Notes under the pieces: model-generated | Seen by the model: only the letters and a program-made list of their open reading frames with translations | What the model was told of the DNA's origin: nothing | Databases searched by the model: none | Made by a program: the position numbers and the translations under genes | Shown: in pieces, positions 1-8,923 of the stretch | Layout of the letters: each line of letters begins with the position of its first letter | Position numbering within the stretch: the first letter of the stretch is position 1 | IMG/VR virus record: IMGVR_UViG_3300033463_000013 | Span: 64,001 to 128,000 of that record | Reading direction: 5' to 3' (one strand) | Length of the DNA: 64,000 nt | From: a virus | Lineage: Duplodnaviria > Caudoviricetes

Positions 1-149
1 ATACATTTGTGGAATCCATCGAATACGGTTTCTTCTGCATTACCGTACTCCCATGATTGAATGAACTCCATCGCTGCGGCAGTTGCCTTTTCTTCGGAAG
101 AGAATACACCATAGCATCCAGCGTTTCCAGCCAGGGAATAAACAGTCAT
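1..149 (-). CDS. Small early hypothetical protein (runs off window; MTVYSLAGNAGCYGVFSSEEKA...)
   Basis: Manual translation; ATG overlaps the TGA of the upstream gene; GAGGAGG RBS. Confidence 0.65.
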   Translation of the reverse strand, partial: MTVYSLAGNAGCYGVFSSEEKATAAAMEFIQSWEYGNAEETVFDGFHKC

Positions 150-313
150 TTTTCTTCCTCCTCTTCGCAGGCGCAATACCAAAAGATAAATCCGGGATTC
201 TGCTTTTCCAGCTCATAGCAAGCAGCTTCTGCTTTTTCTTCTGTTGCTACAATTTTACAAGGGAGAGGAGTATCGGAATCTTCCAGTTCCTGCATAATAA
301 TCCATTTGATCAT
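146..313 (-). CDS. Small early hypothetical protein, 55 aa
   Basis: Manual translation MIKWIIMQELED...; TAATG coupling to the upstream gene; ends TGA. Confidence 0.6.
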   Translation of the reverse strand: MIKWIIMQELEDSDTPLPCKIVATEEKAEAACYELEKQNPGFIFWYCACEEEEEK

Positions 314-465
314 TAGTAATCCAGCTCCCTTCCTTTATACTTCGGTGGCTTTTTGCGTTTGTCCTCACGCACCCGAGTAACGCAACATCCTTGAGGAAAA
401 GTTTTGCGTTCAGATTGAAAGACTTCAACCCAAGTTTTTGTACCATGTTTTCCTTTCATCTTCAT
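313..465 (-). CDS. Small basic early hypothetical protein, 50 aa
   Basis: AAGGAAGGG RBS downstream of the promoter at 488-515; MKMKGKHGTKTW...; ends TAA. Confidence 0.6.
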   Translation of the reverse strand: MKMKGKHGTKTWVEVFQSERKTFPQGCCVTRVREDKRKKPPKYKGRELDY

Positions 466-562
466 AGTATCCCTTCCTTTCATAAACATTATATCATAAA
501 TTTAATGTTTGTCAAATGATAAATTTAAGTGTTGAACACCTAAATTCATAGTTATGGGAAGA

Positions 563-874
563 TTACTCTTCCCATTCACCTCGCAGAAGTTTGCCCAACA
601 TAGAAGCAAGTTCTTCGGGTTCATGCGTGGATACATCGCCATAGTCCCACGGCATATCCATTGTTTCCCAATAACCCCAATTATTGGCATAAGAGTGGTC
701 ATGAAGAATGGCATCGCCTTCAATGCCCTTAAACAGGACTTGGAATCCGTTCTGGAAGTAGAGAATTTTAGCAATTTCTACTCCTTCTTTTTCACAGGCG
801 GTCAGCAGCTTGGTGAGGGACAGAACTCTACCCAGCTCAATTTCACGAGCATCATATTCAGTATAAGTAGTCAT
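563..874 (-). CDS. Early hypothetical protein
   Basis: ORF track 563..895; GGAG RBS favours the start at 874 (MTTYTEY). Confidence 0.75.
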   Translation of the reverse strand: MTTYTEYDAREIELGRVLSLTKLLTACEKEGVEIAKILYFQNGFQVLFKGIEGDAILHDHSYANNWGYWETMDMPWDYGDVSTHEPEELASMLGKLLRGEWEE

Positions 875-950
875 TATCTCCACTCCTTTTTCCACAGCTT
901 AATTACTTTGATAATCATGATACCAATAATCGTGCAGCTTGTAATTACCA

Positions 951-1280
951 TCATTTCCATATCGTTTTACCCCTCTCCGTATACTTACTTTGATTATGGT
1001 CAACCTTCTTGCGAAGAAACGCAGGAACTTTCTTTGTGCCACCGAATACAGATACCAGCTCTTTCTGCGTGGTAACATACATGGTTATGATTTTTTCTTT
1101 AGGTTCATCCTTGACGATGGTAATGCCTGTATCAGTAAGGCAAACCCAACGCCCAGCTTGTTCAAGAGTAAAACGTACATATTTTTCTTTGATAATTTGA
1201 CCTATTCCAATGTCCTCAATGATGTGTTTTACTCTGTCGGCTCTTTGAACTGATACATGATAAGTCATTTGTTCATTCAT
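951..1280 (-). CDS. Early hypothetical protein, 109 aa
   Basis: ORF with AAGGAGG RBS directly after the promoter-palindrome unit at 1298-1360. Confidence 0.8.
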   Translation of the reverse strand: MNEQMTYHVSVQRADRVKHIIEDIGIGQIIKEKYVRFTLEQAGRWVCLTDTGITIVKDEPKEKIITMYVTTQKELVSVFGGTKKVPAFLRKKVDHNQSKYTERGKTIWK

Positions 1281-1371
1281 GGTAATCCCTCCTTCGCTAT
1301 TATAATATCATATAGTTATGGGAAAGTCAATATTTGAATTTAGGTGTTGAACACCTAAATCCGAGTAAAAC

Positions 1372-1730
1372 CAAATTAAAGTGACGGCGGCTTCGCTTCA
1401 GTTACTATAGGTGCTACTCCTTCTTTCGCCCATCAAACAATTGCGTTATGCTAACCGCTTTATGACTCATGCTCTTGAGTCCGTTACTTTAATAAGTTCG
1501 CCCCGTTCCCAACCCCGTTGCCATTACGGTCACATGGAAGCTACGCCATGATTTATAGGCTCTACCAGCACCTTGGGATACGGCACTTCATCGAACGGAA
1601 ATTGTTGACCGATGCCCCGAGCAGTTTCTGTGGGATCTCTTGGCTTCATGTCAGCCCTGTCTCGTGCGACTGACCCTACTTTCCGCACATCTTTGGTATC
1701 GCAGGCTTCTTACTGCGGTTCCCTTGGAAC
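1372..1730 (-). ncRNA. Candidate structured non-coding RNA (about 350 nt) filling a whole cassette
   Basis: Full promoter-palindrome unit (about 1735-1795) and the conserved GTTCCAAGGG leader, but no RBS-led ORF. Several hairpins (1443-1458, 1464-1481, 1582-1616). Confidence 0.5.
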
Positions 1731-1809
1731 AATTATATATTACTATATATTTATGGGAATGTCAACAGTGTTATTTAGGTGTTTAACACCTAAATGGAAT
1801 AAAATGAAA

Positions 1810-2028
1810 TTACGCCCGGGCATCGGGCGTAACTTCCTGAATCTCATAGAGTTCTTCAACTCCATCATGCTCATAGGAGAAGAACTCAACTCCGAAATCG
1901 TACTGATACTGAGCGAGTTTCCAACCCTTCCGGATAGTATCCAGAATCATGGTCTGGGCAGCTTTCCGATGTGAGGTATAGACCCCAATCAGCCTTCCGG
2001 CGAGGAACAGAACAAACATATTCTCCAT
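1810..2028 (-). CDS. Early hypothetical protein, 72 aa (IGVYTS..KA motif like the gene at 1-149)
   Basis: ORF with GAGGTG RBS; ends TAA inside a GC hairpin. Confidence 0.75.
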   Translation of the reverse strand: MENMFVLFLAGRLIGVYTSHRKAAQTMILDTIRKGWKLAQYQYDFGVEFFSYEHDGVEELYEIQEVTPDARA

Positions 2029-2031
2029 AGC

Positions 2032-2256
2032 TTACACCTCTTTCGCATAGTAGGCAAGGTTCATGCCTGTTTCTGGGGAGCAGTTGTAGTAGAAGATTGC
2101 ATTGCACAGCTTGTCAAAGTCTGCATCGGGGTCATCAACAGGCTTTGTAGTCCAGCTGGCAAGCATCCCATTGGGACGGACTTTGTTGGGAACAATCATG
2201 ACCTCTTCGCCGTTGTTGTACATCTTGCGTGCGAGTGCCTTTGTAATCTTTACCAT
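2032..2256 (-). CDS. Early hypothetical protein, 74 aa
   Basis: ORF with AAAGGCGG RBS after a promoter. Confidence 0.75.
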   Translation of the reverse strand: MVKITKALARKMYNNGEEVMIVPNKVRPNGMLASWTTKPVDDPDADFDKLCNAIFYYNCSPETGMNLAYYAKEV

Positions 2257-2398
2257 CTTGCTACCGCCTTTCTGTTCTCTCTTGGAACAATATCATTATA
2301 TCATATTTGTATATATAGTCAAGTAATATATTTAAGTGTTGAACACCTAAATTTATGAATTGCCCCGAAGGGCATTTATCCGATCCTTTTCTTCATTT

Positions 2399-2653
2399 TT
2401 ATTCCTCCCATCTATCTTTCCGTGCCATAACTTCTTCATAATCAATGTCGAGCCAGTCCTTGCAGATATCCTCGAAGTCGAACCACATCCAGTCATTGAT
2501 TTCTGTGGTGCTCCAAGGTTCATCATCGCCGATAATTTCTTCCAGCTGTTCCTCCAGCGTGTCCAGCTCTTCGGGAGTCAGTTTTGCGGCGTTAGTTGCG
2601 GCTCCGCTCCAGAAGTGGAAGTCTCTCAGTTTCTTTTCAATCGTCATCGTCAT
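2399..2653 (-). CDS. Acidic early hypothetical protein, 84 aa
   Basis: ORF with RBS and own promoter; very D/E-rich. Confidence 0.75.
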   Translation of the reverse strand: MTMTIEKKLRDFHFWSGAATNAAKLTPEELDTLEEQLEEIIGDDEPWSTTEINDWMWFDFEDICKDWLDIDYEEVMARKDRWEE

Positions 2654-2828
2654 TGTACTATCCCTTTCCTTTCTTCATCTTGGAAGTCTTTCTTTCCCTT
2701 CCGCATTATTATAATATCATAAATTATGGGAAAACGCAAGTGATAAATTTAAGTGTTTAACACCTAAATATATTAAAATGAAATGTCCGCCCATAACTGG
2801 CAGGGCGGACGATAGACCGAAGTCTATC

Positions 2829-3074
2829 TTAGAGTTCTCCCCAGAAGGCGACATGGCGCTCACTGATGGCGTTGTTGAACTGATTGGCGCTGTAAGTGTT
2901 CTTCGCACCCAGCTTGACCAGTTCCCACATCAGCTTGTTAGCTTCGTCCACCGTCAGCTTATCCCAAGTGGACACACGAGGATGCACACCATCATCACGG
3001 TAGTAGTGGACTTCCGGCTTAATCCGCTTAGTAGAGTAGTAGGTGATGGTGATGCTCAGAAAAGTCTTGTTCAT
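2829..3074 (-). CDS. Early hypothetical protein, 81 aa (distant paralog of 4667-4918)
   Basis: ORF with RBS and own promoter; shares T(F/Y)(L/I)S..T.YST and A.K.M..L motifs. Confidence 0.75.
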   Translation of the reverse strand: MNKTFLSITITYYSTKRIKPEVHYYRDDGVHPRVSTWDKLTVDEANKLMWELVKLGAKNTYSANQFNNAISERHVAFWGEL

Positions 3075-3185
3075 GTTCGTTTCCTTCCTTTCTGTTCCTC
3101 TCTTGGAACATCTTAAGTATAGCAGAAATATATACGATTGTAAAGAGGTATATTTAGGTGTTTAACACCTAAATAGTATAGTAAA

Positions 3186-3388
3186 TAAAAGAGCGGGTGA
3201 TCAGTCCGCTCTTGCCCGTATAACAACATCAGCTTGGGCACCCCAATGAACTATCCGTATAGTTCCCAGCCGGGGCACTGGTGAGGGGCGATAACGGCGC
3301 CGTTAATTAGTAAGCCTGTCAGTAGCCGTCCCTACTGCATACGGCATCTCAGTCCGGTGGAATCACTTTCCCTTCCTCCTTTCGACAT
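3186..3388 (-). ncRNA. Candidate structured small RNA (about 200 nt) with a 5-codon micro-ORF
   Basis: Own promoter-palindrome unit. Strong RBS leads only to GTG-ATT-CCA-CCG-GAC-TGA (3366-3349). Hairpins at 3325-3345 and 3241-3275; terminator at 3188-3213. Confidence 0.42.
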
Positions 3389-3471
3389 ATACATTATATC
3401 ATATTATAGAATAATTGCAAGAGTGAAGTTTAGGTGTTTAACACCTAAATAGTGTAAGTACCCGAAGGTAC

Positions 3472-3702
3472 TTACTGGTTGTCGTACAGTTCAATATCAA
3501 TGGGACGGATTACATTTCCGAAATCCTTATCAATGAAGTCAAAGCCGGCGGCCTGTGCTTCTTCAATCAGTTCGGTCATGCGGTTCTTGAAGCATTCTTT
3601 TTCTTCCCGGCGCCTACGCAGGTTGTGGATTTCATGTTCAATGACCTTCAGATCTTCAATGCTAAGGCTTTCGATGTCGATAATAGTTCTTCCGATTCTC
3701 AT
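3472..3702 (-). CDS. Early hypothetical protein, 76 aa
   Basis: ORF with RBS and own promoter. Confidence 0.75.
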   Translation of the reverse strand: MRIGRTIIDIESLSIEDLKVIEHEIHNLRRRREEKECFKNRMTELIEEAQAAGFDFIDKDFGNVIRPIDIELYDNQ

Positions 3703-3871
3703 GTTCTTCTTCCTCTCTTTCTATCCTCTTGGGACATTATTATAATATCATGTTATGGGATATAAGTCAACTTATATATTTAGGTGTTTAACACCTAAAT
3801 ATGGAAATGAAATTACCGCCCTCAGGCGGCACCTGTGGGCGGTGGACGTGGATTATTATACCGGTCACAAA

Positions 3872-4111
3872 TTAACACGAAATCAGCACCTCCCCGTGCT
3901 TGGCAATGTACTCTTCAAATGCACGAGGTCCCAGCTCGCACATCGGCTGAGTCCAGCTGGTCATAAGGTATACCCGGCCAGCTCTTTTACCGAGGAAGCT
4001 GATAGCCAGCTTCAGCAGGGCACGGCGAGACCGGATAGACTTTGGCACAACCAACTGTCCATCGTTTCCCATAGGAATCCATCCGAGACGATCAGCATAG
4101 AACAGGTACAT
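3872..4111 (-). CDS. Early hypothetical protein
   Basis: ORF track 3872..4156; AAGGAG RBS supports the start at 4111 (MYLFYADR). Confidence 0.72.
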   Translation of the reverse strand: MYLFYADRLGWIPMGNDGQLVVPKSIRSRRALLKLAISFLGKRAGRVYLMTSWTQPMCELGPRAFEEYIAKHGEVLISC

Positions 4112-4237
4112 TGTTTTAATCTCCTTTCTTATTCCTCTCTCTGAGGACAATATCATTATATCATATGTTATATAAAAGTCAATACATATATTTAGGTGTT
4201 GGACACCTAAATTGTGTGAAGAAAGAAAAACCGGGCA

Positions 4238-4531
4238 TTACGCCCGGTCCCGGCATTCGCCGGTGTGGATGTTGAACTCTTTCCCGTCAAGATACATCTG
4301 TTTGGCGAGATAGTAGCTAAACCCGCGCTCCCGCATGAACCAGCCGATATGTTTGATCGTGGTCATGCTGTAGGTTCCGGTGCAGGTGAGCCAGCCTTCC
4401 GGCGTGATTTCAATCACAATCGTCCTGTAGCTTACCAGCTGGACCGTGCCGTCATCAAAGAAATTTTCGTGAGCCTGAGCATATTCGTGCCCCGCAACCG
4501 CCTTGCTATACAGATACCGTGCCATGTTCAA
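4238..4531 (-). CDS. Early hypothetical protein, 97 aa (GTYSMTTIKHI motif)
   Basis: ORF with RBS and own promoter. Confidence 0.78.
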   Translation of the reverse strand: MNMARYLYSKAVAGHEYAQAHENFFDDGTVQLVSYRTIVIEITPEGWLTCTGTYSMTTIKHIGWFMRERGFSYYLAKQMYLDGKEFNIHTGECRDRA

Positions 4532-4666
4532 ATCCCTCTTTCTTTTATTTCTTGTCCCTTAGGACAATTATATATTATCAAATCCCTGTATATATGTCAA
4601 GCAATATATTTAGGTGATGAACACCTAAATTTCCTTTGACCCCAAACAAGGGGACGGGCGGCTTCC

Positions 4667-4918
4667 TTAATCAAGGAAGCCGCTGATTTCATAAGTCACA
4701 ATAGAAGGGTCCAGGTAATTGGGTTTACGCTTAATCTGCAGGTTGTACTTGACAGCCAGCTTAGCCATCTGCTTCTTAGCTACAGCATAGTCCAGAGGGG
4801 TGTAAACCTGCAGCTTGCAGCTCTCTACGGAGGTGTAGATAGCACCGGTATTGATAGTCGGCAGGGTAGAGTAGTTGGTGGCACTCACGCTGATGTAGGT
4901 GTTCAGAGTCTTTTTCAT
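4667..4918 (-). CDS. Early hypothetical protein (paralog of 2829-3074)
   Basis: ORF track 4667..4987; RBS supports the start at 4918 (MKKTLNTY). Confidence 0.75.
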   Translation of the reverse strand: MKKTLNTYISVSATNYSTLPTINTGAIYTSVESCKLQVYTPLDYAVAKKQMAKLAVKYNLQIKRKPNYLDPSIVTYEISGFLD

Positions 4919-5029
4919 GGTCTTTCCTTCCTTTCTGTTTCCCTCTTGGGACATATATAGAATATCATAAATCAAGGTAGATTGCAAGCCTAAAATTTAG
5001 GTGGTCGACACCTAAACATTAGGGGTGGG

Positions 5030-5182
5030 TTATCTCCAGATAACCCGGTACCACTGTTTTTCGGCCCACGCGGTGGGTTTGGTTTTACGAGTCTTGATCA
5101 GGCGGTAGTGGTTGCCGTAGTCGGTCACTTCGTAGATGAGCCAGAGTCCGTCTTTGTTCTGCCAAATTTCGTAGTACTTCAT
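5030..5182 (-). CDS. Small early hypothetical protein, 50 aa
   Basis: Manual translation MKYYEIWQNKDGLW...; GGAGG RBS; own promoter. Confidence 0.7.
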   Translation of the reverse strand: MKYYEIWQNKDGLWLIYEVTDYGNHYRLIKTRKTKPTAWAEKQWYRVIWR

Positions 5183-5284
5183 GGTTCTGTCCTCCCCTCA
5201 ATTTCTGTAATAATTATACACCCAATAAAGAAAGAACACAAGCAAAAAATTTAAGTGTCTAACACCTAAATTAATAGAGGAGTC

Positions 5285-5467
5285 TTACGACTCCTCCCAC
5301 TCTTTCCAACTGGGGAAGAACATTGCGAAGTCATCGCAATCTTTCACCGGGTCATCAATATGACAGATGCCATCTTTGGCATAGGGACAATCGTTTTCAT
5401 TCCAACAATTAACGGCGCAGTAAGTGGGCTCTCCGTTGTAAGTTCCTTCTGTTGCATTACGCGCCAT
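5285..5467 (-). CDS. Cys-rich small early protein, 60 aa
   Basis: AAGGAGG RBS supports the start at 5467 (MARNATEG); five Cys residues. Confidence 0.7.
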   Translation of the reverse strand: MARNATEGTYNGEPTYCAVNCWNENDCPYAKDGICHIDDPVKDCDDFAMFFPSWKEWEES

Positions 5468-5480
5468 ATTCTTTTCCTCC

Positions 5481-5681
5481 TTAAATAATTCCTTTGGCTT
5501 TAGCCTGTGCATTGACAACCGCGCGCTGGCGGCGAACTTCTTCTTTTTCTCTCTGCCAAACGGAGAAGTCATCAGACATTTCCGCGCAGAAGTCATTCTG
5601 TACAAGGATTTCCATCGCCTCGTCATACTCTGCCTTGGTATTGATGTTCCATTCACGATTGAACTTTACTAACTGTGCCAT
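5481..5681 (-). CDS. Early hypothetical protein, 66 aa
   Basis: ORF with GGGAG RBS; first gene after its promoter. Confidence 0.72.
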   Translation of the reverse strand: MAQLVKFNREWNINTKAEYDEAMEILVQNDFCAEMSDDFSVWQREKEEVRRQRAVVNAQAKAKGII

Positions 5682-5807
5682 TGTTCTTACTCCCTTTCTG
5701 CCCTATCGGCAAGTATAATTATACTCATTTTGGGATAGGTTGCAAGGAGTAAATTTAGGTCTCGACACCTAAATTTAGGAAATGAAATAAGGCCCGGTTT
5801 CGGGCCT

Positions 5808-6065
5808 TCAACAGATAAGTTCATAAGTAAAAGTCTGTTTCAGTTTCAAATCATCATCATCAATAAATTCATTCTGATCAATGCGTTTGGCACCACGATC
5901 GATCATCCGCTCCATGAAATCAAGCACTTCTTCCACAGTATGCAGTTCTTCAGTTTCCAAATGAAACCATGCACCATAGTCATGGAGCCGCTGGATGCGA
6001 GCAGTATTGTCAGGGAGTTTCACCGTGAAGCGGATGGTGGTTTTTTCGATTCCGTAGGTTTTCAT
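5808..6065 (-). CDS. Early hypothetical protein, 85 aa
   Basis: ORF with RBS, own promoter and a downstream hairpin. Confidence 0.75.
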   Translation of the reverse strand: MKTYGIEKTTIRFTVKLPDNTARIQRLHDYGAWFHLETEELHTVEEVLDFMERMIDRGAKRIDQNEFIDDDDLKLKQTFTYELIC

Positions 6066-6217
6066 TTTGTTTTCCTACCTTTCGTTCGTTTGTTTTGGGG
6101 TACCGGGGCTACCCCGATTATAACAAAAAGTTGCGGGAAAGTCAAGTTGAAATTTAAGTGTCCAACACCTAAATTTGTATAAAAATGAAATTGCGTCCCG
6201 GTTTCGGGACGCAAGTT

Positions 6218-6526
6218 TTAACAGTAAACCAGTTTGAAACTTTTCCACCGGAGAACGGAAATCTGATTGCACCGGCGTCCGATCTCCATCGCCTCACGTT
6301 TCGTGTTCACGCGGATGCTGTGGTCGATGTAGTAGATGCCGCCGCTGTACCAGATGCCGCAGTTGCCATTCAGCTTGCGGACGCAGGTGATAGCTTCCTC
6401 AGCTGTCCGCAGCTCGTATCCGTAGTCAGCCACCTGCCAGCCGCTTTTGTACGTAATGACATGGCCCGCCTTCAGAGTCAGCCCGTCATTCTCCTGCAGT
6501 TTGCGAATTGTCCGGATGTTAATCAT
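6218..6526 (-). CDS. Early hypothetical protein
   Basis: ORF track 6218..6544; GGAGG RBS supports the start at 6526. Confidence 0.75.
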   Translation of the reverse strand: MINIRTIRKLQENDGLTLKAGHVITYKSGWQVADYGYELRTAEEAITCVRKLNGNCGIWYSGGIYYIDHSIRVNTKREAMEIGRRCNQISVLRWKSFKLVYC

Positions 6527-6647
6527 GTTCGTTGCCTCCTTCATTTGATGCCTAATTATAGCACGCTTGCGGTGTGTTTGTCAATCTAAATGTTTAAGTG
6601 TCCGACACCTAAATTTTAGTATGGGCATCAATTGATGCCCGTTCATG

Positions 6648-6776
6648 TTAAATTCCTTCAATTGCTTTAATTTGTTTCCGATACTTAAAATGAACGACTT
6701 TTTCTGCGAGAACATCAAGAATGAGATAACCAAGCATGAGAACTGGGAGCGAATAGAGAGCGAGCAGTGTCAACAT
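6648..6776 (-). CDS. Small membrane peptide, 42 aa
   Basis: Manual translation MLTLLALYSLPVLMLGYLILDVLAEK...; AAAGGGG RBS; own promoter. Confidence 0.6.
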   Translation of the reverse strand: MLTLLALYSLPVLMLGYLILDVLAEKVVHFKYRKQIKAIEGI

Positions 6777-6912
6777 TTGAATTACCCCTTTCTGTCCCCT
6801 TTGGACAAGTATACTATAACATTGGTATAGGGAGTTGTCAATAAAATAATTTAAGTGTAAACACCTAAATATATAAGAAGGATAGGCAGGACGAATCCCG
6901 CCCGGTGGGCGA

Positions 6913-7080
6913 TTACTCGCCCACCCACTCCTTTACAAATTTGTCTTTGGCAATTTCGGCGGCTTTGCGTTCCTTTTTGGTTTTACCAAATGGGAAGAAC
7001 TCGGCGCCCTTGTTCATGCCGGACCAACGGCGGGTAACATAGTAACCATGAGCCATCTTCACAACATCCACAGTTTTCAT
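6913..7080 (-). CDS. Small basic early protein
   Basis: ORF track 6913..7122; RBS supports the start at 7080. Confidence 0.7.
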   Translation of the reverse strand: MKTVDVVKMAHGYYVTRRWSGMNKGAEFFPFGKTKKERKAAEIAKDKFVKEWVGE

Positions 7081-7209
7081 AATGAGAAATCCTTTCTGGT
7101 TTTGGGTTTTCCTTCCCTTCATCTTACATATATAATTATAGTCAAGAACAAGTTAAAGTCAAGAGTAAAAATTTAGGTTATGAACACCTAAATAAATGGG
7201 CGGGACTAA

Positions 7210-7425
7210 TTAGTCCCGGTGATAGATATACCACCCATCGCCAATCGCGGCGGCGGTGCGGGCGCACCACCGCGTGATCTTGCGCAGACGGCGCGCTTTC
7301 CGCCAGTGCCTGGGCGGCGCGCACAGTTCGCACACGCACCCGGCCCACGCATCGCACCCGTCCCACACGTGCCCACCGCGGGCGAGAATACGGGCGGCTT
7401 CCTGATTGGTAACTTTAATATACAT
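7210..7425 (-). CDS. Arg/Cys-rich early protein, 71 aa
   Basis: ORF with GGGAGG RBS and own promoter. Confidence 0.68.
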   Translation of the reverse strand: MYIKVTNQEAARILARGGHVWDGCDAWAGCVCELCAPPRHWRKARRLRKITRWCARTAAAIGDGWYIYHRD

Positions 7426-7575
7426 AGTGTAATCCTCCCACTATTTTTTCGTTCCCCTCAAGGAACGATTAAAGTATACACCAAAACGGGAAAATGTGCA
7501 ACCTCTAAATTTAGGTGTGAACACCTAAATTTGAGAATGAAATTTAGGTGCCGGTTTCGGGACCGGCACCCTGGA

Positions 7576-7785
7576 TTAAAAGTCATCGTCAATTAAACCG
7601 AGTTCAGTCATGAAAAACAGATCTTCATCGGATATGGGAGAAACTTCATCAATAATCTGATCAAGGATTTTCCACTCTTCCGGACTCAAATCGTGTTCCT
7701 GATCGAACTTGTCAAAGAGTGCTTTTGCGAGTTCATCGGATTCGATGGCGGCGGCGTTCATAACGGCGAGTTCATGCATTGTCAT
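7576..7785 (-). CDS. Highly acidic early protein, 69 aa
   Basis: ORF with GAGG RBS and own promoter; D/E-rich. Confidence 0.72.
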   Translation of the reverse strand: MTMHELAVMNAAAIESDELAKALFDKFDQEHDLSPEEWKILDQIIDEVSPISDEDLFFMTELGLIDDDF

Positions 7786-7915
7786 AATGTTTAACCTCTT
7801 TTCTTTATTCTCTCCTTAAGGAGTGTCACAATTATCTCATAGATTTGGGAATCCGTCAATAGGTAAAATTTAGGTATTGACACCTAAATTTAAGAATGAA
7901 ATAAAAAAACAGGGA

Positions 7916-8116
7916 TTAACCCTGTTTCCGGATAATGCCCGTGCCATCACCGGGGCACTCAATCCAATATTTACCAAAGTAATGATTGAGATACATCATA
8001 ACCCGGAAGATATGGGAGTCTTGCTCATTAGTAGAAACATCCACGATAACGGACATTTCAGTTTCAAGTGCGGTGGCGATGGCGCGCGCGGTGCGGGAGT
8101 GACGATTGTTCAACAT
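7916..8116 (-). CDS. Early hypothetical protein, 66 aa
   Basis: ORF with GGAGG RBS and own promoter. Confidence 0.7.
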   Translation of the reverse strand: MLNNRHSRTARAIATALETEMSVIVDVSTNEQDSHIFRVMMYLNHYFGKYWIECPGDGTGIIRKQG

Positions 8117-8233
8117 GGTGGGAAACCTCCTTCATTTGATACACTTATTATAAGGGTAGAAACGGGAAAACGCAATACCTAATATTTAGGTTACGAACAC
8201 CTAAATATGAAAATCAAATTGTGGGATGGCGAA

Positions 8234-8602
8234 TTATCGCCATCCCACTACTTCAAAGAATGTTTCAGGATTATCGGTATGCCCTTCATACATATATTCC
8301 ATACATTCATCATCTTCTATATTGTTGTTTACTCGGAACATAAGAAGAGTAAGAATATCACCCTGGCGCAAATCCCCGGTATCATTTAGGAAAGTCCAAA
8401 TATTTCCGTCTTTATCCTCGCAATCGACAACCCAAATTGAAATTTCGAGCTGGATGGAGCTTCTTACTACAACCAGCTTGCCATAATAATCTTCGCTGGT
8501 TATGGGATTTGCTTCTGCTTGGGCCGGAAAGGCTAAAGCGGTAGAAATGAGAATCAAACTTACGATAATAGTGGCGATGATACAAATCCGAAATTCTTTC
8601 AT
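8234..8602 (-). CDS. Secreted or membrane-anchored early protein, 122 aa
   Basis: N-terminal hydrophobic signal with AQA cleavage-like motif; acidic beta-rich body. Confidence 0.75.
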   Translation of the reverse strand: MKEFRICIIATIIVSLILISTALAFPAQAEANPITSEDYYGKLVVVRSSIQLEISIWVVDCEDKDGNIWTFLNDTGDLRQGDILTLLMFRVNNNIEDDECMEYMYEGHTDNPETFFEVVGWR

Positions 8603-8734
8603 GAAAATTCTCCTTCTGGTTTCGGGTTTTCCTTCCCTATTACGATATAATTATAATTGTATATAGATAAAAAGTCAAATTAGAAATTTAGGTTACGGAC
8701 ACCTAAATTTAAAAGGGGCGGGCACAGAATGCCC

Positions 8735-8923
8735 TTAATATTTATAACTAGGATAATTGCTTCTCCAGCGTTCAGCTGCCTTAGTAGCTTGCCGCTCTTG
8801 TACAGCTGCCATGCAGCTGGCAACAGCTCCCAGCCCTACCAGCATAGCACCAGGCACCAGTCCCAGCACAGCCCCAGCAACCAGCCCTCCGAACAACAGC
8901 CCTCCGATGATACCCACCTTCAT
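8735..8923 (-). CDS. Small membrane protein, 62 aa
   Basis: Gly-rich hydrophobic N-terminus; GGGAGG RBS. Confidence 0.7.
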   Translation of the reverse strand: MKVGIIGGLLFGGLVAGAVLGLVPGAMLVGLGAVASCMAAVQERQATKAAERWRSNYPSYKY

